Of a stretch of DNA of 64,000 bases, positions 1 to 13,636 are shown piece after piece. Origin of the DNA: Bispira polyomma (taxonomy: Eukaryota); the NCBI GenBank assembly GCA_965649765.1, contig OZ287760.1:25978001-26042000 (forward strand), written 5' to 3'. How positions within the stretch are numbered: position 1 is the first letter of the stretch; every line of letters starts with the position of its first letter. Below the pieces are notes generated by a model. It was given only the letters and a program-made list of their open reading frames with translations, did not search any database and was not told the DNA's origin. The translations under genes were made by a program, and so were the position numbers.

Positions 1-474
1 CAGAAATTCAAGATGGCCACCAAAATTGAACATTTTTCAAAAGTTAACATGTAAGCAAAATCAACCCTGTGGGTCGAAAATGAGCTTGAAATCTTTCTAT
101 CTAGCATCGTTTCCGAGATAACAGACATTTTCGTAAAAGTCCCAAAAATTTAAGATGGCCGCCAAAATTGAACATTTTTTTAACAGTTAACATATAAGCA
201 AAATCAACCCCATGGTTCAAAAATGAGATCGAAATTGCTCTATCTAACACCGTTTGCGAGATAATGGACATTTTCAAAAAAGTCGCAGAAATTCAAGATG
301 GCCACAAAAATTGAAAATTTTTTGAAAGTTTACATATAAGCAAAATCAACCCTGTGGGTCGAAAATGAGCTTGAAATCGCTCTATCTAGCACCGTTTCCG
401 AGATAACAGGCATTTTCTTAAAAGTCCCAGAAATTCAAGATGGCCACCAAAATCGAACATTCTTTTAAAAGTTA
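1..474. repeat. Tandem repeat with ~142-143 bp unit (3.3 copies visible), probably the internal array of a Helentron/HINE-like element
   Basis: Unit CAGAAATTCAAGATGGCCACC...GCTCTATCTAGCACCGTTTCCGAGATAA starts at 1, ~143, 286 and 428. A further partial unit reappears at ~7490. Confidence 0.85.
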
Positions 475-1873
475 AAGGGTAATTCCAGCATGTCTCTTTT
501 TAACTGAGCTAACACCAGGATCTTATAGTACTATATATACAACTAGTATCCCTTGAGTTTTCAAGTTAAGAAACAGCTTAGATACTGTGTAAATAAGCAT
601 TTAGTTTCCCCCATAAAATTCGAATTCTCCACTTTCTCCTTCGGCTCTTTTTATCATTCACGTGGTACAAACTCATCAGAGATGTCTCAGGATGTAAACA
701 AACATACTGTACTGTATGTGTATGCATTCTTGTTTTATTTTGGCAGTGTGTGTGCAGGTTGATAATTAAAAATAAAATATATAGATAATAACAAGAAGAG
801 AATGGCTTGGCAGCCATATCATGATAATGCCACTACAAAGCAAGATATTGAAGAGTCTGGAAATAGTGAACCAGTCACTAGTCAGCGATCGAAATGGATT
901 TCGAGAACCATCAACTGTGGGTACCAAATTAGGTAAACCAAAGGCAAAATTCAAAGTAATATCTGAAACACATGTAAATACAACCGTATCGCCTTAAAAA
1001 TTGTTTTGATAATTTATTTTTCACATAAGTTTGCTTTAAAACCTGATAAAAACAATTTTATATATATTTTGGTAGCTCACAAAAGTTGGTTTGTTTACCT
1101 ACAAAATTATCGAGTTTTTTGACAGCTCTAGAAACGACGAAACCATAATTTATTTTCCAATTTTAATATTTTCATTTTTAGCTGTTATAGCTTGCAAAAC
1201 GTCCGAAATTAGTCCGAAGATAGTGAACTACTAGTTACTATCCCTATGGACAAAAGAAAGTACTAGTCATCAGTACAGAAGCCACTATAGCACTCCAAAC
1301 AAATCTATCACTTAAATTAATTCCTTGCTAATCAAAGCCTATGTTTAATCCAATTACAGATTTTTTTTACTAAACTGTCGCTGTTCTATGCACAAACATT
1401 TTACAAATCACAAGAGGTATACATAGAATAATTATTTTAGTCACACTTACTTGAATTCTTTAATAATCTAAGTCATAGAAGGTACATAAAATAACACTCA
1501 GCTAAAATGGCTTATAAGTTTTAAGCTTATAAATATAATACGCATATACAAATAGTCAGAGAATAAACTTATTTGTTTCCAGAGGATACATTATTTTGCA
1601 AGGGGATACAAAAATTTGGCAAGCCCCCCTGGCCATATTTTGTATCCCCACACACTTTTTTTAGCGCTACACTGGTACACTTAGTTCAATTATAATTTTT
1701 ACCAAACCAAAAAATATATTTCCTGCCATCAAAAACCATCCATTTCTGACCCCATATGGTTTATTCCTATTGTGACACATATAGCTTCTGTAATTTTTAT
1801 CCTTTAAAATGTTCCAGTTACCCTGTATGCAATATATTGGCTTCACCATATATTTTTTTCTCAGCTTGATACA

Positions 1874-2082
1874 GTAAGGAATCTAAAATTTGCTCCTGTA
1901 TCTAAAATTCACTACCCCTAAAATTTAAGCCAAATAAATAAAAACTGGCAAAAAATAACTGTAAGGAAGGCAAATTATTCATAAAAATATTAATTTAAGC
2001 AACTATTTAACACAATTCTACCCAAAACACAACATTTTCTAGGTTGCAAATTACAGATGGTAGCAAATGTTATATTCCTTAC
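1874..2082. mobile_element. ~210-bp MITE, family with GTAAGGAATCTAAAATT termini (copy 1)
   Basis: Imperfect TIR GTAAGGAAT...ATTCCTTAC; clearly homologous to 12638-12860 and 13441-13636. Confidence 0.75.
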
Positions 2083-2803
2083 AGACTCAACCACCCATTA
2101 ACCAAAGTATGTTTATATATGTTATATATCTTCCCAAACCTAATATTTGTCATGTGTAGTATATATTCCTTTTAAAACCATTTAAAAAGGGCTGTAATGG
2201 AACCTTCAATCAAATCTGAGAATCCCAATATTTAAAACTTGAATAACTTCTACTATACTGTATATAATACCACCAAATTAATTTTGGACCAACTAGAAAC
2301 CAAAAAGTGTGTATATACCAAATTTAAAAGCACAAGTCTCTACAGATTCAGAGATTACACTGTTGACACGTCGTAACTATGCGTAACCAAGGGCTTTTAT
2401 ACTATTTCCTTTCTCCAGGAAAGCATGATTATGCCAATAAGCATTGGCATAATCATGCAAAAATGGTTCTCTGTGTTGCATTTGGTTATAAAAATAGAAG
2501 TTATAACCAAAAACCTGGTCAAAAGCTGCATTTTTTTGCTAATGAGGATGCTTTACGAGTAATGCACAATACACTGCCACCCCTAACTGCAAATTATGTA
2601 CATTTGAACAAGGACTATCTTGTTACAAAACATCAATCAAGATTTACAAAGCAGTAGTTAACAAATTGTTTTATTTGCAAAATATATACATGTACGTATT
2701 AAATTACAAGGAATGTTCATGTTTAGGCATATTTATTGTTATATTAATTGCCATGGAGTAAAATTGATAAAGTATTGTCTTATTTTTCTTTTATATCTTC
2801 TAA

Positions 2804-3010
2804 ATTGATTGATTGGGGTTTAACGTTGCTTTCAGCACATTGTATAGGTAATATCAATATATACTGGTTCATTGGTAAGGATTCTGTATTGTAAATCACT
2901 TGGCATCGTCAAGTAACTGCCAACATTCCCACATAAAGTCACGGCCGAGATTTAAACCCATGACCTCAGAAGTTGGAGGTGAGTGTGTTAACCACGATGC
3001 CACCCAGCCC
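2804..3010 (-). mobile_element. tRNA-derived SINE
   Basis: Minus strand reads GGGCTGGGTGGCATCGTGGTTAA (A box)...GGGTTTAAATCTCG (B-box-like). The body resembles the SINEs at 24087 and 34165 and ends ...CGTTAAACCC(CAAT)n. Confidence 0.8.
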
Positions 3011-3949
3011 TTTCATAAAATAATGGTTCATAAATATGATTAAAGATGTTTATTAAATTCAGAAAAAAAGTACTGTGCCAAATACTGTTTGTATACCATC
3101 ATGCACTACAGCATAAAATTAGAAGAAAATAAATACAGTATTTCCACTACTAACTGCTTTATTGAAACTTTGGGTTGTTTTTGTTTTTTAAGAGATTTTT
3201 ATTGAATGAACAGCATTTATTGTTAAATAATTTGTCCACACACAAAATGAATTTTCTCACATGAAATGTTTTTTTCTGTGTCATGGGCCACAATTGTTAA
3301 ACTAACACCAATTATTGCAACAGTTTGTACAACTGTTTGTATCAAGCTTACAACATATTATTTTTAAAATAAGAGTTGTGAATATAGTTCTGAAGTATAT
3401 TTTAGCATAAGTAAGCACACATAGATCTATCTAATGAGGGGGGAAAAGCTATTTCACTACATTTTATAAGCAGCCATGAAAAGCTGGCACACATAGACAC
3501 ACATATTTCACAGACAGATAGCTAGATAGCTGATACAGATTTTATTACTGAACACAGCTAGACTTGTGTGGTTTGTGTTTAATATATTCCTCTTATAATA
3601 GAACACTCAAGCTGAAAATGTACACTTTAAGTATTTGTCTTATTTTCTGTGGTTAGTTACTGTAAACCAAATTTTTGCTAATGATCACATTTTTTTTTCT
3701 CTTATTATTTAAAAAAAATTGCAATGGAAATAGGGGCTTTTTCTCTTAATTTGATAATTATTTGGGCTTTCTTTGTTTCTGTTACTGGGAGATCTACTGT
3801 CATTTAATTTTTACTTTTGAGTTTGAACTCTGGGCCAGTGACTTATAATTTCTGTCTGGTATGTGTGACAATTATTATTGAGGGGACGGTGTAATGTCTT
3901 TGGTCGGGGGTTTATTTCTGGATTTGAACTATGGGCCAGTGACTTATAA

Positions 3950-4600
3950 GTCAATCAGGAGATTGCTGACTGGCTACTGCGAAGGTGGTGTTGACTGTGG
4001 AGGTGAAGTGGGCTGTGGCTGTGAAACGGGCAGGATGTTGGGTTGTTGCTGGTTGCTGGTCGGTCAGTTGCTGGATGTTTACTGTAACCAGTGATGATGG
4101 TTCTAGCTGCAGATCTGGCACTGCTGTTGAAAGAAGACTTGGGGTGTTGGGGCTACTGATCTGTTCGTATCCATAATCCTGGGGTATTTCTGGGTTATAC
4201 TTCCTCAGAAACTTGATGCTGTGCTGGATGGTGAGACTGCTGTGGAAGTAACTGTTGCGGAGCAGCCTGAGGCTGCTACAGTAGTAACTAAATTATCCGC
4301 TGGGAATGTAGGTTAAACTTGGCGCTCTCAACTGTGTGAAGCTGGTGACTGTCCTCACAAAGGCACTGCTGCAGACCTGGTTTCTCTCACACTGAATCCT
4401 ACTGAGGGTTGCAAAAGTGTCATTACAAAAGCTCTAAAAGTCCCCCTCGTCCAGCTTCTCAGCTTCTGTTGCCAGGTACTGGAAGAAAGCGGAGCGGATC
4501 GACTGGGGCTTGTCTGGCTTCTGGGGGAAAGCCAGCAGCTGCAGCTGGGGGCCCCAGGACTTCCTCACCATCCCCTCACAGCATAAGTGATGTGTCTTAT
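3950..4600 (-). pseudogene. Degenerate C-terminal part of a probable Harbinger accessory (Myb/SANT-type) protein
   Basis: GC-rich island next to the transposase, same strand. It encodes a helix SIRSAFFQYLATEAEKLDEGDF*SFCNDTFATLSRIQ, then a Q/P/S/T-rich tail (DYGYEQISSPNTPSLL...SQQSPD*). The N-terminal DNA-binding domain is not seen. Confidence 0.4.
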
Positions 4601-4689
4601 GTCTTACAAATACCAAAAAACCCATCAGAATAAAAGACTTACTGGCCCAACAAAGAAACTTACCTCACTCAAACACAAATATTACAAAA

Positions 4690-4925
4690 TAGTTGAACCC
4701 TAACCCCCTCCCCCCCCCTCCCACAACTTGTAAAGAATTGTTAAAGGGCTTGAACCCTAACCCACCACAACTTGTAAAGATTTGTTAAACGGTTTGAACC
4801 CTGGTCCCCACAAGTTTTAAAGAATAAAGAGTTTGAATCCGGGTCCCCCACAAGGTCTAAAAAATAACGGGTTTGAACCCGGGTACCCAAAAATTTTAAC
4901 AATATTTTAAAAGGGTTTGAACCCA
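4690..4925. repeat. Degenerate ~40-50 bp tandem repeat (GTTTGAACCC...CCCCACAA)
   Basis: About six spaced copies of the TTGAACCC motif. Confidence 0.65.
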
Positions 4926-5013
4926 AAGGTTATTTTTATTAATGTAGTGCCTTGTCTTTCATGGACCTTGGTTGATGTGTCTTACAGAGATTAGTTAAAT
5001 GTGGGGCCTGCAT

Positions 5014-5900
5014 CTATATGGATGGATGGATGGTGGTCAGGAGTACCCTCCATCTGTTGCTGAGGATCCTGAAGGCATCCTCCACCACCCTCCTGCCCCT
5101 GCTTATCCTGTAGTTATAGATCTTCTGCTCAGAGGTCATGTCTCGGTGGGAGAAAGGCTTCATCAGCCATGCTTTCAGTCCAGGATGAAGCATGGCACTG
5201 CAAGTCTGGTCGGGCTGATGTGTCACAGTGGGGGAAATCCAATTGAGCCCTCCTCGATCATGCCCCTTAGCTCACATTTGTTGAATATCTGGGAGTCCGA
5301 CCACGAGCCACTGCAGCCAACATCCACCCAGAGGAAGCGGTAGTTGGCATCTACAAGGGCCAGCAGTACAATGGAGTGGAAGCCCTTGTTAAAGTACTGG
5401 CTGTCACCTCCTCTGGGACATCTTATGGCCACATGCTTGCCATCAAGAGCACCCAAGGCATTTGGGCCCATTCCACCTGGTACAGACGATGCCTTCTACC
5501 TCATTCCAGTCATCTGGGGTGGTTGGACAGGTCAGCCACTCATCCTGGTATTCACCCAAAATGGCCTCACAGACTTCCAGCATCATCTTGTTGACACTAG
5601 ATCTGCCGACCTTGAAGTCAAAGACCAAGCTGATGGTTGAGTCCCCCGTGGCCAAAAATCGCAGCACAACGGCCAGCTTCAGTCCAGCAGGCAGGGGGGC
5701 ACGATAGCATGTCCTCCCTCTCTGCAGCCTGCCCTCCAGCCTGGTCGACATCTCATTAAACAGTTAGGGATCCATCTTGGTGTAGTTCCTGAATCCCTGG
5801 GGGGTTATTCGCGGCCAGGTCGGGCGGTAATGCTGTGTAATGGCCATGGGCCTCTATTTCACGGATCCATCTCCTCTCCTACACCTCTGGTCTCCGTCTT
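5014..5900 (-). pseudogene. PIF/Harbinger DDE transposase (HARBI1-like), frameshifted
   Basis: Motifs across three frames: FRNYTKMDP*LFNE, KLAVVLRFLATGDS, GALDGKHVAIRCP, YFNKGFHSIVLLALVDANYRFLWVDVG, WLMKPFS, YNYRISRGRRVVEDAFRILSNRWR. Confidence 0.93.
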
Positions 5901-7489
5901 TTTATGGGTCCCCGGTCCTGAGCCCAGGCTGACGGGCAGCCCTGGACCCCTCCCTTTTAGCTCTCCCCTGCAGCATCAGCAAACCCATCATCACGCCTAT
6001 AAAGGTCATGAATGTCCCAGCAATCATCCTCACTCTATCTGCTGGCATATCTACTCAATCCTTGACTCAATTCTCAACTCATCAATATGTCCTTTGAGAA
6101 AAAGAAATCTCGAGTATCTATATTTATGTCACAGAAGATCTTGGATATAACATATTTATAACAATTCTCTTAGATATTTATGTTATACATCACACAAACA
6201 CAACAAAATAGTATAACATTTACTTTAAAAAAGTTTAATCAAATAAAATCACAAAACCGAGTAGAAATCACTATTTTTCCTTTTTATTTTATAATTATGT
6301 TATAGATTGAGTTTTGGGTATAAAAGTATAATTGATGTTCCTTTAGATGTTCTTTATTTTAATAAAAAAAACTAACAAGATACAGTACATAACTTTAATC
6401 CTATTTCTGTTTTTCAGTTCACTTCAATAATGACCTGACTTGGAGAATCTATATTTATTCTCTTACACAAGCAAATGGAACAAATAATTCTGCTGAATAG
6501 AATGTGTTCTAATGTGTATGCATGTGTGTGTATGTATGTGCTTATTATATATATGTGATGGGGAATGTACTGAAAACTAAAACAATACTGGACATGTGGA
6601 GGCAATGTGGAGGAGAATCCTTCATCAGCTCTGTGTTATCTGTATAAACAATCCCACTGAGCAGACAAGGCGGGGGGGGGGGGGGGGGGGGAGATAAACA
6701 CTAGCCAAACTCTGGGGGGGAGAAGTGGGGGGGGGAAGTGGCGTTATCCTCTGGACTGTACAAGTCAGGGTTTTGTAAAAGTTATAACTTGTACAGTTCA
6801 GAGTCAAGTTGTGCAAGTTATAATTTGTAGATTGACAATAAATTAGTGTTTAATCATGTATTTAAATCAAATATTTGTAAATTTTATTTATAAGGGGTGT
6901 GATATATATGTATGTATACATAATATATATAATAATATAATTATTATATAATGGTCAATCAGAATTATTTTTTATATTTAATGTAAATCCATATTTCTTG
7001 AAGAAATTCCAGTCAACCAGTAAAATATATATCTTTTATATCTTGTATTTCAATATACTAAAGTAAAACATGTATACCATGATGTCAAGTCTTTAACAAT
7101 TTTTTTGAAAACATGTGATCAACACGTGCACAAACTAATGTAGGGTTCACACTATGACGGTATGGAGAGGTGATGAGACAAGTTATGAAAATTGCCTTTT
7201 GGAACGGGCAACCCTATTGGTAACTTTTACAGCTTCAGCTTTCTTCCCGAGTACATCACTAAGAAATCTTTCACTTAGAAAACTCAGTACTCAGAAATCT
7301 GAGTATTTCTCTATCCCTACTGCAACTTTAGTACCATTAATTGTCTGTGAAACTTATCTAACAAGTTTTACTCCATTTGAGAGTTATATTTCTTCTAGAG
7401 GGATCAGCTGGAATGGCACGCGTAATGACAAGTTATAAAAACTTCCGGTACCGCCTACCACACCACCAATGTGTGAACTGGGCATACAA

Positions 7490-8353
7490 TGCTCTATCTA
7501 GCCCCGTTTCCGAGATAATGGACGTTTAAAAAAAACCCTTAATTTTTTTAATTTTTGAAAATTGAAATCGTTTTATATCAGTAACGATCGCATATCTTTG
7601 GATGGGGTAAAAAATAAATAAAAATTCAGGCTATTCTTTAAAAGTTACGCACTGCATGTACTGGTCTAAAATTAAAAATCCTCACACGCTCAAAAAAGCA
7701 CCCATCAACACATTTTTTTCCCCATTTTGTATGATTGATCGACCCTGTCAATCAGTCAATTATCACCAGATTGATCTAAAAATTTATGGACATCTATGCT
7801 TTGGTATTTGCAATGAGCATGCTAAATTTCATTGAATTATGACAAGTACTTCAAAAGAAAAGTTGATAAAAGTGCAAGATAGAGCAAACTACTAATTTGA
7901 AGTACTGAGTACTCATTGAGTACTGGACTTAGAACTGTGAGAAATCCCAATAGTTTCCAAGATAGCAAAAAAGTACCAATTTTTCGCATTTCAATAAAAA
8001 TCAATCGGTTGGCAATCAGTCAATTATCATCCGATTAATCTCATCAGCGTCTCCTATCCTGAAAATTGCCTTACCAAGGTACATACCAAATTTCATTGAG
8101 CTATGATAAATGCTTTCTGAAAAACCCTAGTGACAAGCACTTTTACACCCCCTAGGTCACCTGACATTTAAGTAGGCCAAAGTTCAAATCCAAAAATATG
8201 AAAAATATTTCCCACTCCTGGTAAAGAGAACTGCCAAAAAGAATTTTGAAGCAGATAATATTGATGCAGATATTCAAGGAAGACCATGCGGCGGCGACAG
8301 CGAGGAAACCAGGGGTGAAACCAAATAAACGCCATTTTCAAGGGACGCTTAAT
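7490..8353 (+). mobile_element. Continuation of the Helentron/HINE-like element after a ~7-kb interruption
   Basis: GCTCTATCTAGCCCCGTTTCCGAGATAATGGAC at 7491 matches the 1-474 unit. It is followed by divergent internal repeats (AATCAGTCAATTATCA twice, AAATTTCATTGA twice). Confidence 0.5.
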
Positions 8354-11300
8354 TACAATATATTGACACAGAAACAATACATTGAAAAACAGCGAATCAT
8401 CCTTCCAGATATGTACTTCCCGAAGTGAATTAATTAATCGTTGTTTTGAAAGAAACCCACTGTATGTATACTTTTACTAAACTAAAGAATTAATTGTGCA
8501 CTTCACGATATGAACTTTTCGTAGTAAATAAGTTCCCGACGCCCAACATATTTGCTCCATCCTGGAAAATAATTTCCGAAAAACAACCACTTTGAATATT
8601 CTACCCATCATGACATTGCAAACAATCCCTCCCAAAGTCTAAGTGTACATCTCCACAAGTACCATTTTCGCCAAACCATGTACGATTTGCGATGGTGATT
8701 TGTTTCCTGCTTATAATTTATATAGAACTGTCTCCACACACACAAACCCACTGTACTATTTGCGATTGTGATAAAAGTTTTTGCTCCTGGAGGGAAAATT
8801 TTCGCATGGAGACAGACACTAACACATGCAATTTATGGATGTAGCGCAATTCTGGTCAATATTAACAAACATGTAGAAAATAGTTTTTTTTAAAGACTAT
8901 TACAAAAACAAAGTAGAAAGAAATATACAAGTGATCATTAATAATTAGTTAATACATCTTTACTAAATTTCATTTTTTGTATATAAATATTTAATTCTTG
9001 CAACATTTTTGTTTATAATGACCAGAATTGCCCTCACCTGTGTAATTGCTGTATTGTGGAGAAAAAAAACAGCCTGAGAAAGGTTACTGTGACAAAAGTG
9101 TTTCTGTTGAAATAGTGAAATTGTATAGAATACAACTGCCTGAGATTTTGTGTTTTTCTTATAGTCAAACTTTTGTTTTATAAAAATACAGTATAATGGT
9201 TGAACTCCTTATTTTCCTATAACTCAGTTTTGCAGATCTACTGCAATGAATTTTACACAGCTAATTATTGTGTGTGCTGTTTGTAATAATATACTGTTTG
9301 GGAAATGTGTACCTATTCATAAAAGTCAAAGAAAATTGCTCACCTTTGTGTAAAAGATTAAGTGACCATTCTTTAAAGACTGTGTATGTACTTATATTAT
9401 CCCCATTTTAGCACTTAAAATTGTAAACTTTTGTTGTGCTTTGTTTAATCTGCTGTACAACATTCATCCTGTGTGTACATAGTGTACTTTATCTAAAACT
9501 TGTAACCTAGATTTTCGTGATAAACAGTAAACCATGAATGTCTGGAACAAGAATAACCTTTACAAATACAGAAACTAAACAAATTTAAAAAAAAAAATTA
9601 TCTTGTTTACCATATTGTACATCACCCATTTGATTTTTATGGTTGTCCTGTTTTCGTGGAGAGGTGTTTCTAATACTGCTCAGCTAAGAAATGTATCACA
9701 TAACAAACACCTTAGAAAGCAGTAAAATTTGCACTTGAACAATTGAAAGTGTTGTTTGTGTCAGTATTCTATTAAAATCAGTACAGTCGAAAATTGTGAC
9801 CAAAAGCACTTCATTAATGGACAGTTTTAATTACCAACTATTAATAAAATTAAATACCTTTAAAGGGGTTTTATCATAAAAATGTTCGATCTTGAGCTGG
9901 TTATCATTAACAAATATCAGCCATGGTAAGGTACTTAATAATAAAATAATATTCATCTTGTTATAACTGCCAATAACAATCGAACGCCTTAGTTTGAGGC
10001 CATTCAAAAATCCAATTAATTGTAAATCAATTTAAAAAGGCAAAAGGGCTGAGATAATTTAATTTGGAGCCACAATTATTTGGAAATAAATAGACTATTA
10101 CGATGACTAGTCCAAGATCTTTTATTAAGTTTTGTACACTGAAAATTGTCATCCGTTGTCATGTTTAAGTAGATTACACTTAACATCACACAAGAATGTA
10201 AATAAGCACACATGTTTCTAATTTTATACAAGTACATGTATCACTATTTACAGTCATTAAACATAATGTGCTATCATAAGGAATCTTTATTTACATAACA
10301 TATGTAACTGTTCAGATTTACAGCAAGGGCAGTAAACAAGCAGATTTAGATTTGTCACTGTACATTGTGTGTATGTAGAAATCTGACCCAAAAAATAGCA
10401 GTCTACAAAAGTGCAACAAGGATGTGATTGGTCTGGCCATCATAATATGACGTAAACTGTTGACAGCAACATGAAATCTGACTAAATTCAACTGCCAGTG
10501 TAAAGTGCATCAACGAACATACAACTCTTGCAGGTGCAACCTTAACATGGATTTTAGGAAATGGGTAGAAGCTTTTCTGCACTATTTCAGTGTAAGAAAT
10601 ACATGATTTTGTCGTCAATAAAGTGTCAGTGATTATATTACTAATATAATTGGTTGGGTTATGATCTGCAGTAGTGTAGAAATTAGTTTCACAAAGTTGC
10701 TTGTAATAAGGAAAATGTAGGTGTGTCTGTGGTACAGTTAGTGGTTGCTTTTTAGTTGTAACTGTGTGCTTATGATAACTTTTAAACCCAGGCTGAAAAG
10801 AACCTTGTGTTGCATTTATTTATTAAAATAATGTAAGAGAGAGTGGTGTATACAAGATATGTCAGTGTTTTACATGAGTGATCAAAAGGAGAAAGCGGCA
10901 TTCTGTGTTGTTTTCCTTGGGCAACTCTTCACTTTTTGAGATGGCCCCCTGTCTCCAGTTTAATGATGATTTGGACACCAGCTTGTTTAAACAAAAGAAT
11001 TTTTAAGTGATTTCAAAATTTTATTAAAAAGATAATTTAGTAGGACTTACCTGTTGCAGTACTGCAATGTCTTCCAGTGACAATTAATTGATGTACAATT
11101 CACCAAAATTTCAAATAAATGTATAAGTAAATATTAAAACTTATTAATACCTATTGTATATACGATTTACATAAAAAAGCATTGAAAACTGCAATATATA
11201 ATTTATTGGAATTATTAAATCACTCCTATTTTAAGACATTGTTGAGACATACATACCATATTTAATCTATGAATATTTCTAGAATTTCTTAAAACTGTTC

Positions 11301-11385
11301 AAAACACAAACAACTTTCTCATTATATCGTAACAATATTTTAGTTGTAATATTTATGAAGACATAACAGTTCAACAGTTTATAAC

Positions 11386-11865
11386 AATACCTAGATGAGA
11401 CAACAGTTTTATCAATACCTCATTTTCGGGGCTAACATTTTTGTAAAATCACGCAGGCACGCACCCGACAAAAAATCCAATTGTCGGGGGGGGGGGGTGT
11501 TTGTTTTTTATTTTACTAAATCTTTTGAAAATAAATACAGTTTATTTTCTGCTTATTAAAACTTGTGCCCTATGGAAGGCTAACTTGTGTGTGTAATATC
11601 ACTGGTGAGACATGTATATAAAAAATTTGTGTCTGCATAAACACCAATATCTCAATAATTACTGAAGCTATCTACACCAAAAAAAATCTGTAACGACTTG
11701 AAGCCAAACAGAACATACTACCTAAATATAAGAAAACAACTCCCCACCACTTCTGAGATCTGCTTGTCGACACAAACAAAAGACAAACCCATACTATAAC
11801 ATCCGCATACGTCATACTATGTATGTATTATACGTTATACTATGTATGACGTATAACGGCTGTAA
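11386..11865 (+). mobile_element. Possible non-autonomous Helentron/HINE-like element
   Basis: An (ACAA/ACAG)-like tract is followed by a 3' stem-loop TATACGTTATACTATGTATGACGTATA near 11829-11855. Confidence 0.35.
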
Positions 11866-12637
11866 AAATCAAAGGTCGGACAATAGAGGTTTGAACTTTG
11901 GTCTATAAATAACAAAAGTAATGCCGTGGTCACACTGGCCTTACGTTTCGCTTACACACAAAAAATGGCTAACGTAAGCTAAAACATAGTGGACGTAAGT
12001 AAAACGTAGTAATTGTAAGAGACGTGAGTAAACGTAAGTGAAATATGGTACTTCAAGTTTTCTTATATCCGGTTTTTAAAAAAAAGTCTTAATTTTCAGA
12101 CTGCTCTAAATTTTTACGTTTTTAGCCGTTTGCTGAAAAATTTTCCATAAATGGGACGTGCGTTTGCGGCAAAGGTATGACACACATTCAATGCATATTT
12201 GACATAAAGGACGGGAGTAAAACAAACTATACCTACAAATAATATTAGGGACGAGGAGAATGGGATTGAAACAGGTTTAGAAGCGTGGCTAACGTATTTC
12301 TAGAAACATGGCTAATGTATCATTAAAACTTGGTTAACGAGTTACACATAATTGAAATCGCTATTAAAACGTATTAAATGCATGTACAAACATGAACAGA
12401 TGCATACTAAATGGACCCAAAAGTAAATGAATATTGTCAATCCTATTACAAGGTCAGCGTGAAGTGGTCTCAGGCATGAACTGGTACAGAACCACTGCAG
12501 GTATCTAAATTGTAAACCTGCCTGACTTCATATTGTAACCATCTTTCAAAAGGTTAATCTATGTATTACTTTAATGTAAGAACAAAAGTGATAAAAACTT
12601 GTGATATAATATTTATATAGAGAGAGAGAAAAAGATA

Positions 12638-12860
12638 GTAAGGAATCTCAAATTTGCCACTGAATTTAAAACTTGCCAACCCTAAAATTTAAGCCAAATC
12701 AATAAAAACGAATAAAAAATACCTGGAATTCAGGTAAGTAAGGGAAAAATAGTCACAAACATCTCAATTTCAGCAAATATTACCCACAATTCTCCCCAAA
12801 ACACAACATATATTTTTAAGTGGTGAATTTCTGATACAGTGGCGAATTTTAAATTCTTTA
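12638..12860. mobile_element. MITE, GTAAGGAATCT family (copy 2)
   Basis: Homology to 1874-2082; inverted termini ...AAATTTGCCACTG / CAGTGGCGAATTT...; preceded by an (AG)n tract. Confidence 0.75.
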
Positions 12861-12979
12861 TCATGACACTCAAAGACAATTTCATTAATTTACACAATTT
12901 TCGAGAAGTTTACAGCAATTCATTTGTTGTTTTTAATTGATTAAAATTTTAATTGTACAGTATCTTGGGCTTTCTTCAG

Positions 12980-13270
12980 TAAAAGGTCTTTAGAGTATTA
13001 ACTTAGTCTTAAGCCTAAGATTTTGGTCTTTGATTTGAGCCGAAAAGGGGTTAAGATTTTGATTTGAATCCCAGTAACAAAATATCTTTGTTTATTAATG
13101 TTAACTTTGCACCTAATTAACATTACAACGAACACTTAGTAGGCATTTTTAAATGTTTTAGTGTATGTACACATGTACGCGCCTCCGATATCAGACTTCC
13201 GATTTGCAAGGTGCGATACACTTAGACACACATACGAAGGACTAATATACCCTTTTGTGAATATGGCCCC
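12980..13270. mobile_element. Degenerate or chimeric copy of the GGCCCGTATTCACAAA Harbinger-type MITE
   Basis: 12980-13160 is homologous to 14800-14970; the copy ends TTTTGTGAATATGGCCCC. Confidence 0.6.
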
Positions 13271-13440
13271 CATAGGTGCTTGTAGACTCACCTGACTTCT
13301 TATTGCAGCCATATCTCTCTTTTTCTCTGCATGAGATTTTATTTACCCACAAAATATTATTATGTACACCCTTGGTCTTCACTTCTTGCCTTTTTTGTTT
13401 AAATCGACACTAAACATAAACTACTTATTTGAGTTAGAGG

Positions 13441-13636
13441 AAGGAATCTAAAATTCGCCACTGTATCTAAAACTCGCCACCTCCTAAAAAAATAACTGGA
13501 ATTTGGGGTAAGTGAGGCAGAATAGTCACAAAAATCTCAATTTCAGCAAAAGTAACCTCAATTCTGCCCAAAACACAACGTTTATCTGGGTGGCGAATTT
13601 CAGATGATGCAGTATAGCAAATTTTAGATTTTTTCA
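13441..13636. mobile_element. MITE, GTAAGGAATCT family (copy 3)
   Basis: AAGGAATCTAAAATTCGCCACTGTATCT...GCAAATTTTAGATT; homologous to copies 1 and 2. Confidence 0.75.

Noticed and set aside
660-690. Other CTGATGA motifs (e.g. ~673, ~1268, ~30100, ~37914, ~58511) as hammerheads
   Set aside because: No stem II hairpin followed by GAAA and stem III.
7141-7484. GTTCACAC / GTGTGAAC inverted pair as Harbinger TIRs
   Set aside because: Only about 8 bp match and no TSD; not enough to define an element.
10403-10618. ORF with CCC...NHILVALL resembling a SWIM finger
   Set aside because: The ligand pattern is incomplete and there is no supporting neighbouring coding sequence.
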